The notes beneath the pieces were generated by a model. That model saw nothing but the letters and a program-made list of their open reading frames with translations, did no database searches and was not told where the DNA came from. Positions 43,492-55,599 of a DNA stretch of 64,000 bases are shown here, piece by piece (position 1 is the stretch's first letter; the number at the start of each line of letters is the position of its first letter). The DNA comes from the human T2T-CHM13v2.0 reference genome, Homo sapiens, in NCBI RefSeq assembly GCF_009914755.1, contig NC_060944.1; one strand, given 5' to 3'. A program made the translations under genes and the position numbers.

Positions 43492-44031
43492 TGCGATAGG
43501 CACAATTCTAAGATGGTTCCCATGATTCCTATCTTTTGGGGTGTAGGCCCTGTACAATTCTCTCCCCTTGAGTGTGGCGGGCCTCATCAAGTTAAGTGAA
43601 CCCTTTTTAAAAAGGGTCTAGAGCTCCAAGACAAAATCATAGAGATTTGAAACTACAGCAAATGCTCCCCTTGTTGGCCTTGGAGAAAGAAGTGACCAAA
43701 TTGTGGAGACAGAGATGTGACCAGAACTTGCAGGTGTCCCCTAGGAGCTGAAATGGTCTCCAGCTGGGTGCTGGCAAGAAGACACCTCAGTCCTACAACC
43801 ATAATGAAGTGAATTCTTCCAATGACCTGAGGGAGCTTGGAAGTCCAGCTGTACCTCCAGATGAGGATGCAGCATGCTGGCACCTTGACCTCCAGCCTTG
43901 TGAGCCTCTGAGCAGAGGACTCAACCAAAATGTGCCAAGCTATTCATGAAAATTATAAAATGATAAATTTGTGTTATTCTAAGCTACTAAGTTTGCAGTA
44001 ATTTGTTATATTGCAATAAATAACAAATACA
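43492..44031 (+). mobile_element. MLT1E/F-type MaLR solo LTR
   Basis: Starts 'tgcgataggcacaattctaagatgg', ends 'gtaatttgttatattgcaataaataacaaataca'. Confidence 0.8.
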
Positions 44032-44609
44032 TGGAATTTATTTCCTCATCTCACCTGGGCTATTATCAGTCTTTATTTTTTTCCATTTGTGTCTTTCCTC
44101 CTTCACAGCACAGAGCTTGTGAAGATAGATTTGTCTTCTTAAAGACCTTGAATTATATTATCTCATGCTTTAAAATTGTCAGTGGCTTCACAATGTCTAC
44201 AGCAAAAAGCAAGTCCTGGTTAATCTGAATTTCATGGTTCCTAAGTGCCTTTGAGCCTAATTTCACACTGGGTCAGTTCTCTCATCCTACATTCCAGCCT
44301 AAAGAAACTGCTCATGGCCACCTTCCACAATTTCTGCTCACACTGTGCCTTTGCCTATGCTAATTTCTCTGCTGAGTGCTTTGATTCCCAAGGCCATGTA
44401 CTCAACTCCCTATTCTTCAAGTCCTAGCTCCCCCTTGGCTACTGTCACGTATCACTCGCCCTTTGAACCTCCCAGCACCACATTATACCCCCAGTAGTTC
44501 GGACTAATATCTTCATAGTTTGTGATCTTTTTGTTATGCAGAAAATTCTGTGAATAAATGAGGGTTTAACTAACCAGGCTCTGTCCTCAAGATGATCACA
44601 GTTAGTTCC

Positions 44610-44616
44610 TTTTTCC

Positions 44617-44649
<33 letters not shown>

Positions 44650-44874
44650 ATTTGAGACAGATCTCTTTCTGTCACCCAGGCTGGAGTGCAGTGGCAGGAT
44701 CTTGGCTCACTGCAACTCTGCCTCCTGGGTTCAAGCAATTCTCCTGCCTCAGCCTCCTGAGTAGCTGGAATTATAGGTATGCGCCACCACGCCTGGCTAG
44801 TTTTTTTATTTTTAGTAGAGACAAGGTTTCACCATGTTAGCCAGACTGGTCTCAAACTCCTGACCTCAGATGAT
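44610..44874 (-). mobile_element. AluS, 5'-truncated
   Basis: Alu body stops at 'ctcctgacctcagatgat'. Confidence 0.9.
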
Positions 44875-44899
44875 AGGTCTTTAAGAGGCTCAGATTATG

Positions 44900-45285
44900 C
44901 ATTCCTCCAACATGTAAAAGCTCATTTTTGCCTCAAGGACTTTGCAGCTTCGATTCCCTCTGCCTGGAATGTCTTTACCTAAGATTCTCACATGGTTGGT
45001 GCCTTCTTATCACTTAGCACCTAAAAATATTGTTCTCCTAGGAGGCCTTCTCTGGGCACTCTATGGAAGGCAGCCTATCCTTCCCATCACCTATCCAATT
45101 GCTCTGCTTTATTAACTTCAAAGCAGTTATTGCTATTTGAAATTATCTCACTTACTGATATGTGGTTTGTTCATTTCCTGTTTTCTCTTGATGGTCAGCA
45201 ACTTTCTTATCTTGCTCTCTGTTTTATCTACAGTATCTGGATTATTGTAGTCTCTCATTCAAAAATTGTTGAATGAATGAATTCA
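44900..45285 (+). mobile_element. L2 3' fragment
   Basis: 'gcctcaaggactttgcagcttcgattccctctgcctggaatg' ... 'ttgttgaatgaatgaa'. Confidence 0.7.
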
Positions 45286-45502
45286 AAAACATGTCACATA
45301 ACAAATATTCTGTGTCCTCTCAGTTTTTTTCTGCTTAAGTTCAATTTGTAATTCTTCATCCTTAATCCATCATAGTGAGTTCTCACCCACAGAAGACACA
45401 TATTTTGGGAGATTATGTAACATTTAATAATTTAATAAGACATTCATAATGTAATTATTATCTTTGTGGAATGTCTCCTACAGTTTGCATCCATGTGCAC
45501 AT

Positions 45503-45927
45503 TGTAGTGGATACTGTCATATGCTGCCTAGCTTGCTCCTTCACAGATGAAACATTCAGATTCCTAGCTGCTGAAGATTCGTTGCTGATGCCTCATAGAT
45601 GATTCCTTCTTAGGGAATTTCCTTTGGCCAAAGGTAGTTGCCTTGCTCTAGGAAGGGACATTTACATCCAATAACTTGTCAATGTGGAGGTACAAAGATC
45701 TTGCCTAAATAGGAAACAATTCTAAAAGTCCATCCCAGCTCCAGAGGTCCCTGTGAAAAGTCAGCTGAGGACTTTACTGTAACTGTACCATGATCTAATC
45801 CACCTTTTCCTTCTGCCCAATTCTGCTTCTTACATTCTCCAAACAATGTTGTTCCTAAGGGCACTTCCTAATCTGCATGCAAATCCTCATCTCAAAGTCG
45901 ATTTCCCAGTTAACCCAACCTAAGACA
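45503..45927 (+). mobile_element. LTR16-type 5' LTR of an ERVL provirus
   Basis: tgt...aca ends; 3' motif 'gcatgcaaatcctcatctcaaagtcgatttcccagttaacccaacctaagaca'. Confidence 0.7.
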
Positions 45928-48295
45928 GTTGGGGCCAGAAATGGCTAAGGAAGAAGACTCTGAAATGGGATTTTGGAGCTGGATTACCCACTAGCCAACC
46001 ATCAACATCAGTGAGGTAGGGGAAGTACCGACTATCCCTAGAAAGAAATAGTGGTGCGAGAGTTAAAATGTGCCAGTGAAGAACTGTGATGTGATACTGG
46101 TAGACGATAAAACACTGGTGAATGCAACACCTCCGGATTTTAAGACATTCAAGGGATGCAATAATTTATAAGGACAATGGAATAGGATGACTGTTGCTGC
46201 GGCAATCAGTGCATTAAAAAGAGACTTTAAATGCCTGAGTGTGACTAGTCGCCAATATAACATGAAGTGCAAAAGTCAGAGGGCCTCCTTGGCACACATG
46301 AAATAAACCTCTCAGCTCCTACAGCTTGTAGGCAGAAAAGGCTGAAAATCAGGTCCAGAATATTAGGGTTGTAGATCTTCAAAGAAGGCTAAATTCTCAA
46401 CCCTAGCATATTTACCATGCCAAGTTAGGACCCTGGTTTGTTTTAATTTTTGGTGTTGATGTTTGTTTTTAACAACATCATTGGGATCTTGAGACTTGAA
46501 ATAAGAACAACTGAGTTGACACACTTGAAAACCTAAAAACTCCAGACCTACTGGAACCCACTGGCCTCACAGAAGTGCTCTACTTCTCCTTCTTGAAATC
46601 TAGTGCTTCCCTATGCTTGAAGATGATTCAGAGGCCTTTTTGTCTTGCAAGATAACATACACCACCTACAGAATCTACCCCCACCACTTTTTCTTGCTAT
46701 CACATGAGTAACTATGTTCAAATTACAACTGAACAGGGAAATTCTGATCCTGCTAAGGGAGGGAATGTCAAAAGGGCTACAGGACCCAACCAATGCTTAT
46801 CAGCAGGATCTTAGAAGACATGCATGGGACTGGATCCTAAGGGTGCTGCCTCAAGTAAGGGAAACATAAAGTTGAATATGGGAGATTTTATTGAGATAGA
46901 GCACATGCCTATGATACAGGATTTAACACCTTACCAAGGACCCCAGGAGAGGGTCCTAACACACTGCTGGGATGGTTCTTGGAAACATGGAAAAAGCCAT
47001 GGCCATTCTAAGTAAACCAGAGATGCTAGAGCTGCCATGACAAGTATTCGAAGAAGAAAGCAAAAGATCATGCTAGAGGGAGTATACTAAATAAGGCTGG
47101 AAAACTCATCAGCTAATCCTGTTCCACGGGAGGATCCAAAGGACACTCCAGTTACCAAATCAATAATGTATATGCTGGTGACAGGAGCACCAGTGTTGTT
47201 GAGAAGAAACAGAGGTGGGTGCAATGATCACAAAGAGTGGCAAAGTTAGAGTGGCAGCTGGAGGAGCCTGGTTTGCAGAGAGTTAGGGGATGGTTCATAG
47301 AACAAGGTGACCCTAGGGGAAAGATTGATGGGCAGCTAACAACTCTAATACTCAACGTATAAATCAAGAGATGTCAAGAATAGATGGCCAAGAGGCTGAG
47401 GGCAACAATTCCAATTAAAAGTTATGATCACTTACCTAGTTTCTGGAAATGAACCAGTTTTAGATGCTAAACCCACTGATGGAAGCCAGTCCTCAGTTGG
47501 AAGTTCTCTGCAACCCTATAGCAAGTATCAGTAGTGAAGATGCCTCCAGTGCCTTCTCAAAGGGATCTATGGGTACTTACATAGATTACTGTGCTCTGGG
47601 AAGCAGGGGAACAGAGACATTTGAAAGGTACTAGGACACGGGTGGGGCGCAGTGGCTCACGCCTGTAATCCCAGCACTTTGGGAGGCTGAAGCAGGTGCA
47701 TCACGAGGTCAGGAGATTGAGACCATCCTGGCTAACACAGTGAAACCCCGTCTCTACTAAAAATACAAAAAATCAGCCAGGCGTGGTGGCGGGTGCCTGT
47801 AGCCCCAGCTACTAGGGAGGCTGAGGCAGGAGTATGGCGTGAACCCGGGAGGCAGAGCTTGCAGTGAGCCGTGATCGCGCCACTGCACTACAGACTGGGC
47901 GACAGAGCAAGACTCTGCTAAAAGAAATAAATAAATAAATAAAAATAAAAAAAGATACTTGGACACAGGGTATGAGTTGACATTGATACCAGAGATTCAA
48001 GGCATTATTATGGCTCTCTGCCTGTCACAAGTAGGGCATATGAGAATCAGGTAATAAATAAAGACCTGGCCAACGTTTATCTCACAGTGGGTCCATAGTG
48101 ACCATATACCTATCCAGAGGTCATTCCTGAGATTCCTGCATATGTAGCTGAGATGGACATACTTGGTAAGTGGTGGAACTCTGCATTGGTTTCTGGGAAG
48201 CCACTTAAACTTCCCTCAGCCCCTTGATGAATATAATACATAAAGGAACATATTACATTGTGGCAGGAATGACCTATATTAATGTCACCCTTTTC
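45928..48295 (+). mobile_element. ERVL-class internal sequence (ERV3-16A3_I-like): decayed gag/protease
   Basis: PBS-like 'gttggggccagaaatgg' right after the LTR; gag motif 'gaaacataaagttgaatatgggagattttattgagatag'; protease-like [11 protein letters not shown] at about 47959-47991. Confidence 0.7.
47641..47950 (+). mobile_element. AluY inserted in the ERVL protease region
   Basis: Y diagnostics; TSD aaaggtactaggacac (47624-47639) / aaagatacttggacac (47951-47966). Confidence 0.93.
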
Positions 48296-49957
48296 TTGGT
48301 ATCCCCAAGCCTCTGAATCACTCAAAGGCTTCTCCTAGGCTGTAGCCAGGCCAGGGGCACGAGCTCTCATGCAATGCAGACTATGGGCCAGGAAAGCAGC
48401 CTGGGACAGTCAGGTTTCTGGGCTTTGCATTGAATGAATCATATTTTCCAGTCTTTCAAGGAATGGTGCTTGCAATGGGAACCAACGTTTCTCTCAACTG
48501 ACTCTTCCACTGACTTCAAGAATGCTTGTCCTGAATGGGGTGTGGGAACTGACCCACAAAATCCACCTATTTTTTTTTTTTTTTCCAGATGAGAAGTTGC
48601 ATTAGGAATAGGGAAGTGACTTTGACCAGCCAGACTCCATCTATAAGGACTTGCAGAGTCAGGCAGGAATTGACTTCCTCTACTATCTCACTCTTTCCTT
48701 GAGTCATCACTTTCCCCCCTTCTTTTACTTACACAAAGCTAAATAGGCACAGTGACTTTACTTTAAACAAGTCATTCACCCATTATTAGACAATTTTTGT
48801 TTGTTTTAATTGTTGGTGTTGATGTTTGTTTCTAATCCCTTTGAAACAAAAGTTCGCTTCTGTGAGCTCTTATTTCCTCCCTGGAACCCTCATTATTTTG
48901 TTTTCTGTTGTAAAACAAACTAAGGACTTTTAATCTAGACTTCACAGATGTTTGGTATTGTCCTGGGTATTTTACATATTCATTTTCATTTACTTCTCCC
49001 CCTAGAGTTATGAGTCAGAAATTACAGCCATTTTACAATGAAAGACACTGAAGCTCAGAGATGGTAAGGACTTTATATGGAGTCACACAGCACTCTATAG
49101 TGGTGCAGAACTCAAAGCCACATCTACCTCATTTCAGGCCTTATCCACTGCCTACCACCAGCCCTGCTTATCCCATACTCTTCTGTAGATTGAAGAGTCC
49201 AACGACAGAGATTACACCTTACATATCTTGGAGGTCCTGCTCACTCTACCCCTGCCTTGCTGCCAACAGAGAGTCTCATATATCCAATAAAAGCTTGTTG
49301 AATGGATGCCTGCGTGAATGAGTTATGCAATAAATCCATGAGTGTGTGGTAACAAACTTCAAAGAAGCTGCACGATTGAAGTGAGATATATCTCACTTGA
49401 GCAAAGAGCTCAAGAAAACCAATCTGAACAGGTTGGGTCACAGAAGGCATCAAAGCTAAAATCACCAGCAGCAGGAGAATAGAAAAAGAAAGCTACTGAA
49501 AAGGAAACAAACTGACAAGAAGTTGAGGGGCAGCTTCTTGAGGGGATAGACTGCTATGCTGCATTCCTAAGGAATGCTGAGCATTGGCCAGTGAAGAGCA
49601 GGCACATTTCCAGGCTGATGGGACCACACAGGCAAAGGCTAGGAGAGAGAGGGCAGAAGACAGGAAACAGATCGAGAAGCGTTTAGTGTGGCCAGTGTGA
49701 AGAATGCTCAGTGGAGAGAGAAAAGACCAGGCTACGGGGCATGGAAGGTTCAGATTTTACCCCAAGGGCAATGGAGCATTATTGAAGGATTTTCAATGTG
49801 GAAAGCACCTGAGAATATATATTTTAGTTAGATCATTTAACTTCCATATGAGTAAGAGATTAGATTGGGGTAATATTGGAGCATATGACCCTGGCCTCAA
49901 GAACTAGTTGTTCTATACTCAGACCATAATAGACTTGGGTATTTGCCCACAGGAAGT

Positions 49958-50230
49958 GAAGGTGAAGTAGGAGGTGGGACTTGACGCCAGCAGCAGGGCT
50001 CAGACAGGGACCAAATTAAGGACTAGCTAAAACAGGGATGGGGCAGAAGTCACTTTCCAAAAGACACACCCATCAGCGTGCCATGTCAGTTTACCATTGC
50101 CATGGCAACACCCAGGAGTTCCCGCCCCTTTCCATGGCAATGACCCAAGGACCCAAAAGTTATCACACATTTCCTAGAAATTTCTGCATAAATTGCCCGT
50201 TAAACTACACGTAACTAAAAGTAGGTATAA
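49958..50230 (+). mobile_element. MER41-family (MER41E-like) ERV1 LTR, 3'-truncated
   Basis: 'gaagtaggaggtgggacttgac...gccatgtcagtttaccattgccatggcaacaccc...ctagaaatttctgcataaa' matches recalled MER41 U3. Confidence 0.75.
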
Positions 50231-50790
50231 CCCCCATTTTGGGACTCACCTGCCCTGCATCAAGGGTACATGCACAAAAAATTTCGCAGAGATAATTTTA
50301 ATAGTGATAGCCCCAAACTGCAACATCCATCCTCAGTAGAATGAATTCAGTTATTGTCCAGATATTGAAATGCTATATAGCAATGAGAAAGAGGGAACTA
50401 TTGCTACATTCAGTTATTGTCCAGATATTGAAATGCTATATAGCAATGAGAAAGAGGGAACTATTGCTACATACCACCACATAGCTAGATCTCCAGACAT
50501 GTTGAAAACAGCAAACCACCCCAAAAGAGCATGCGATTCTGCTTATGTGTAACTCAGAAAGAGGCAAAACTAATCCATGGAGATTAATCAGACTACCTGT
50601 TGCCTTTAAGGTGGATATTGACCGGGAAAAGACATGATGAAGGTTTTTGGGATCTGGTCATATTCATAGTCTGATCTCTGTAGTAGTTACATGGGTGTAA
50701 AAATATGTAAAACTTTATTAAGATGTACATTGAAGATGTGTGTGCTTTATTACTGTATTTGTGTAAGTATAAAATACTTATCCCTTTGGA
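50231..50790 (+). mobile_element. L1ME-type 3' fragment containing a tandem duplication
   Basis: 'atagccccaaactgcaacatccatcctcagtagaatgaat', 'ggcaaaactaatccatgg', 'gttacatgggtgt'. Confidence 0.7.
50345..50472. repeat. Perfect 63-bp tandem duplication
   Basis: attcagttattgtccagatattgaaatgctatatagcaatgagaaagagggaactattgctac at 50345 and 50408. Confidence 0.97.
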
Positions 50791-51006
50791 ATTTCCTCTA
50801 TAATTACTCTTGGATACTATGGCATTGTAGAAAACAGTGAACTATATCAGTAACCAAAAACCATATAGAATTTTCCTGAGTTTGTGCTTAGTCTATGTGT
50901 GGTGGTGCTCAGATTAAAAGCAAATTTAGCATTTAGTGGGAACTGAATCAGAACGCTAAATATATCTGCCAGCTTTTGCTATTTCCTCAGAAAAGCTCAC
51001 TGTAAT

Positions 51007-51036
51007 TTGTGTGTGTGTTTGTGCGTGTGTGTGTGT
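51007..51036. repeat. Interrupted (TG)n microsatellite
   Basis: ttgtgtgtgtgtttgtgcgtgtgtgtgtgt. Confidence 0.85.
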
Positions 51037-53069
51037 ATACTACAGCTACATGTATGGAACATCCCCTCTGAGTTCTTCTCAAAGTTCCTCAGAGGGCAGG
51101 ACCTTTTTGCAGCTGGGCGTGCGGTAGATAATAGCCCAGTGCCTGAGTTTCTAAGTGCTGTGAGGGATGTCAGAGTCTCAACCGAGAATTATTTCCTTGG
51201 TGTCTCACCCTGCCCTGCCTGGCTCTTCCCACTCAGTTCCTGGAGGGCTTTTTTCAGCTCAGTCTGAAAGAGCACCCAGCTCCCCAGAGGAGGGGCAGCA
51301 TCTTGCTGTGATGTGAGTCTAATTGTTTCTAGATTGAGCGTTTCCGTGGGACAACAGTCCCAGCCGGTGTTCCCTGAATTAACATGCTCACTGAAGGATT
51401 GAAGATGGTGATTAGGCCCGACAGCATCAGTTTCGGTGGGACAGTCGCAGTGCCACAGAGCTGCATGGGACCGCAAGGAGATTTATTTGTGTGGAATGGA
51501 GACATATGGCCGGAATCATCTGCTCCCTTTCCTCTGTAATTAAAACATCTGGGAGCAGCAAAGGGCTGGAAAATGAGGAGAAAGCAGTGAACATCTCTTC
51601 CTGCTCAGCTTTGAATAATCCAGCCATGGGGCTGGGGCATCAGGGGGTACAAGCCACCTGGTATAGGCTGGTCCAGGAGTTGCAATGGCCCAAAGGCCAG
51701 GTAACTTGTAAATGTGACTTGGGGGTTTTGTTTTTGGTGCTTTATTTTATTTTTTCCTGAAAGCATGTAGAATTGGTTTCTTTCTGAAGCTGTTTCTAAA
51801 ATGTTTTACAAAAAAAAAAAAAAAAAAAGGCTAAATGACAACGAAAGTGTAGGGCTCATTGTTGGAGCCTGATACAGGCTATGACCTTCATCTAAGAGCT
51901 ATACCTCCAATGGATCCAATCAAGCCAGTATCAAGACCCTTAGCAAAGACATCAAGCTTGGAAGGAATGGTGCCTAAGGGTGTCCTTTACTTTTCTTAGA
52001 AGGACTGGGAGTGACAATTTAGAGAGAACCTTCTTAGGAAGAGTATTGACACTATAGACCAATTCTTTCTCTGTTGGTTCACTCATTAACTTACCCACCT
52101 TCCCATCTATCAGCCCACTTATTGCTCCCTCTACCCATTCATTCAAGCAATGAGATTTCACTGAGGTTCTGCACTTGGTTCTGGGAAAACAGTAGTAAGA
52201 ACCCTCATATAGTTCACCTTGCTTTGAATGGGACATTTATAAACGCACAAAAATAATCCCACATGACCCCTGCTATGTAGCCAGGTATTTCATGTCTTGT
52301 GAGCATGCAAGGGAGAAGACCGGCTCCTGCCTGCTCCATTCTGCTCCTTGAATCCAATAACATCTGTTGCTCAAGTCTCTGTTCCACACATCACATAAGA
52401 GCCCAGTGCCATCAGTGGAATAGTAAAGAGGCCCGCATTTATTGAGCACTTACTATGTGCCTAGCACTTTACATACTTGAACTCTTTGAAGTGGGCATTA
52501 TTCTGTCCATTACACAGGTCAGCTAACTGAGATTCTAAGTGAGAAAGGGCCAAGTTGGCATTTGGGCCTTAAGGGTCTAAATTGAATGCACATATTTTTC
52601 TATTTTATCGAGCTGCATGCTTCCAGGGCTTCACTATTACTGCTAATAAATACTCAGCCTTCTGTGAATCCTGTGACAGTTCAGTGCCTCCCTGCAGTCC
52701 TTCTTGCCCAGGATGTTGACTCAGCTATATAAACCTGGTGTTGCCTCAAATCCTTTTCTAAGAATCCGGATTCCTGCACTCTACCCAGCTTATGCTAGCC
52801 GCTCTACCTGCTAGGTGGGATTCTTTTCCATCTGTCTAGACTCCCCTAGACTGGGAGTAAATCAAAGCTATGGGTCATGTCTACTTAATGTCTTTATTAT
52901 CAACATTGAGCACAGGACTTGACAGACAATTTCCACACCTGCAAAATGGATCCAATTCTAGGATCTGCTTCCTTGACGTTCTTGTCAGGATTAAAGGAGA
53001 AAGAATGTGTAAGACACCTGAAATAGTACCTGACCTATTTTAAGAGTCCAGTGAATGTTAGCTAGCACC

Positions 53070-53250
53070 GTTATCACAGTTTACATGCACAACGACCTTG
53101 TGAAGAGAACGGAGGCTCAACTCTATGGGGAAGAGAACTGAGGCTAAAGAGACTGAGTGACCTGTCTGACAACACACAGCTAAAAAGTCATAGAGCTGGG
53201 GTCTGAACTCAGGCTGTCTGGCTCCAGAGTCTGAGTTCATAATGCATCCA
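53070..53250 (-). mobile_element. MIR
   Basis: 'gaactgaggctaaagagactgagtgacctgtc...gagctggggtctgaactcaggctgtctggctccagagtc'. Confidence 0.75.
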
Positions 53251-55599
53251 CTTCTCTGAGTCCTTAACAAAAGGTCATCCTGAATGGTCCACATATCCAG
53301 AATCACAAGGGTGTCATACACGTGACTGAGAGTCAACGGCTTTGTGGATTCTCCCCACCATAGCCCCTTTTCATCAGTATATTTATTTATTCCACACATG
53401 TTGTGGGGTCCACCCATTTCAGGAAATAGACCAGACAGACAATGAAAGGACAGTAGTCACAGAACACGCTCTAAGTCTTTATGGAGTTTACAGCCTTGTG
53501 CCTGCTTGAAATGAGTTCTATTTGTACCATGCCTTTGGGCAGCAGCCTGTAGACAAGGGACATTTTCTTTATTCACTCCCATAAAGCCCTGGCAGTCTCC
53601 TCCAAAGTACCACTCTTCAACACAGCTAAGGTCCCAGCACCTGGTAAGAGGTAATCTACCTGCTCATATGACAGAGGCTCCTGTTTCAGGAATCCTAGGA
53701 ATAGACCAAGAGAGCCCTGCTCGCATAGAGCAAAAAGCCGCACAATCCATGTTGAGCCTAAATTTGTCTCCAAGATTCAATTAAGACCAATCCAGTTCCT
53801 GATTAAAGAATCTGACATCCATCCAAGCATAAATATTTATGCCTGATAGGCTTTCTCCTTAACAGCAAAACAATCTACAGTGACAACATTAGAAATATGA
53901 ATACATTCCTGGTGATGACTCTATTATCAGCACTAATAATAACTTAACAGTTTCAGCATGTGGCATGCTGAGATGTATGCAAATGGGGGGCACCTCTGTC
54001 AGAAGCACTTGGGAGTGGACCGGAGGGTCTGTCACATGCCTTAGTTGCAGCTGGTGAGACCTCATTTCGAGTACACCGGTGCCTTGTACTCATTTGCCGG
54101 TATAACGCTCTGTGCTCATGTATCACTCTTCACTCAAAGATCACAAATCAGCTTGGCAGGCCCTGCTAGTGCCTCCGTGAAGCCAAAACATCTGGATAAG
54201 AAGTGAAAAAATCCAGTCTTTCAGCAAGTCAGCCAGCCAGCCATTTTTCAGCACATATTTGTTTAGTGCCTACTGTCTTAGTGGGTGTTTCATCTACATG
54301 CTGTCAAACATCCAGATGAAAGACACATTCCTTTTCATAATTCATCTAGAAATTTGGGTACCAGAAAGATGCAATGCTTTTATAACATCTGCAACATCTG
54401 TTATTTGTTTAAATGTTTTGGTTTTCTTGCGGGCACTTTTTCTTGGAATCAGGCTAAGTATGTGCCAGAAGGTTGGAGATATCTGGTTCTGTCCTCATGT
54501 TTCTAACCTCCAGGATTTCTGAAGGTATAGATAACAGGATAACACCTCATTTTTCTGAATTATGCTCCCCAAACTATAAAGATTAAATATAAGTTGAGAT
54601 TTGTGGATAAATGACACTGTGAGCATGCATAGCTCATGACAATACCCATAACCCTCTTACTTAACTAGCAGGATACAACGACACATTGTGTGTCAGCAAT
54701 GGAAATGAGGGAAAGATGCTATTTATATGTCAGAATTGTCAAAGAGTTCCTGACAGATATAGTTCAGAGGAGAATGGATTAAAGAAGGAACCACAGGTAA
54801 GGCAGGAATTTGCTTAAGAAGGACCTGGAAAAGAAACTAGCAGAAAAACAGTATCAATGAACAGGGATGATTCGAAGGGAAGACCACAGATATTTAGGGA
54901 GGCACACCCAGGCCCCAGCAATCCCCTGGGTGGTCATGCCAACCACTATATATTTATTCTTGGAAAGGGGGCTGGGCAGAGTATGTTGCCAATCCCAGAG
55001 CTGACTTCCAATTGTGTAACTGTGCCTGTCAAAGAGGGTGGGCATTGTGTAATTAACTCTTGGCTGCTTTCAAATGGAAGAGGAGAACTGTTCACCTTGA
55101 TGGTGAAATAAAGAAATTTGTCTAACTTGAACCCCCATTTCCACTTGTCCCAGGCTACTGGACTTTTGAACTGACAATGTTAAAGAAAAGTAAATCTAAA
55201 CATGAAGAAAGAGAGATACACACTGTCTTTGCCAAAATCGATCTCAACTCCAATCTGGTACTTGAGATGAGCAAAGAGGAAATTCTCCAAGCATATAAAA
55301 AGATAAAGAATGTCAAAAGAAGGGGGCCCATTTGAATCATTAGAGCAGATTTCTTCATGTTAAACAGTTAAGGAAGAGAAAAGTTCTGAAAAGTTAGTGT
55401 GCATCCTTAACATTCTAGAAGCTAGTTTTCTGAAATGTGTGAGGAAGCAGGAAATAATATAAGACAAGTAAAGGCTAGAGGTAGATGAAAATATAAGATT
55501 TCTGACTTTAAAACTGCAATTGATCATTAACTAGACAATTAAATACTCAGAGCATTGTCTAATATAAATTTCTGCAATGGTGGCAATGTTCCTCTATAT

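Noticed and set aside
51283-51300. Possible CTCF site (cccagaggaggggcagca); similar sequence near 57950
   Set aside because: Poor match to the 5' half of the CCASYAGRKGGCRS core
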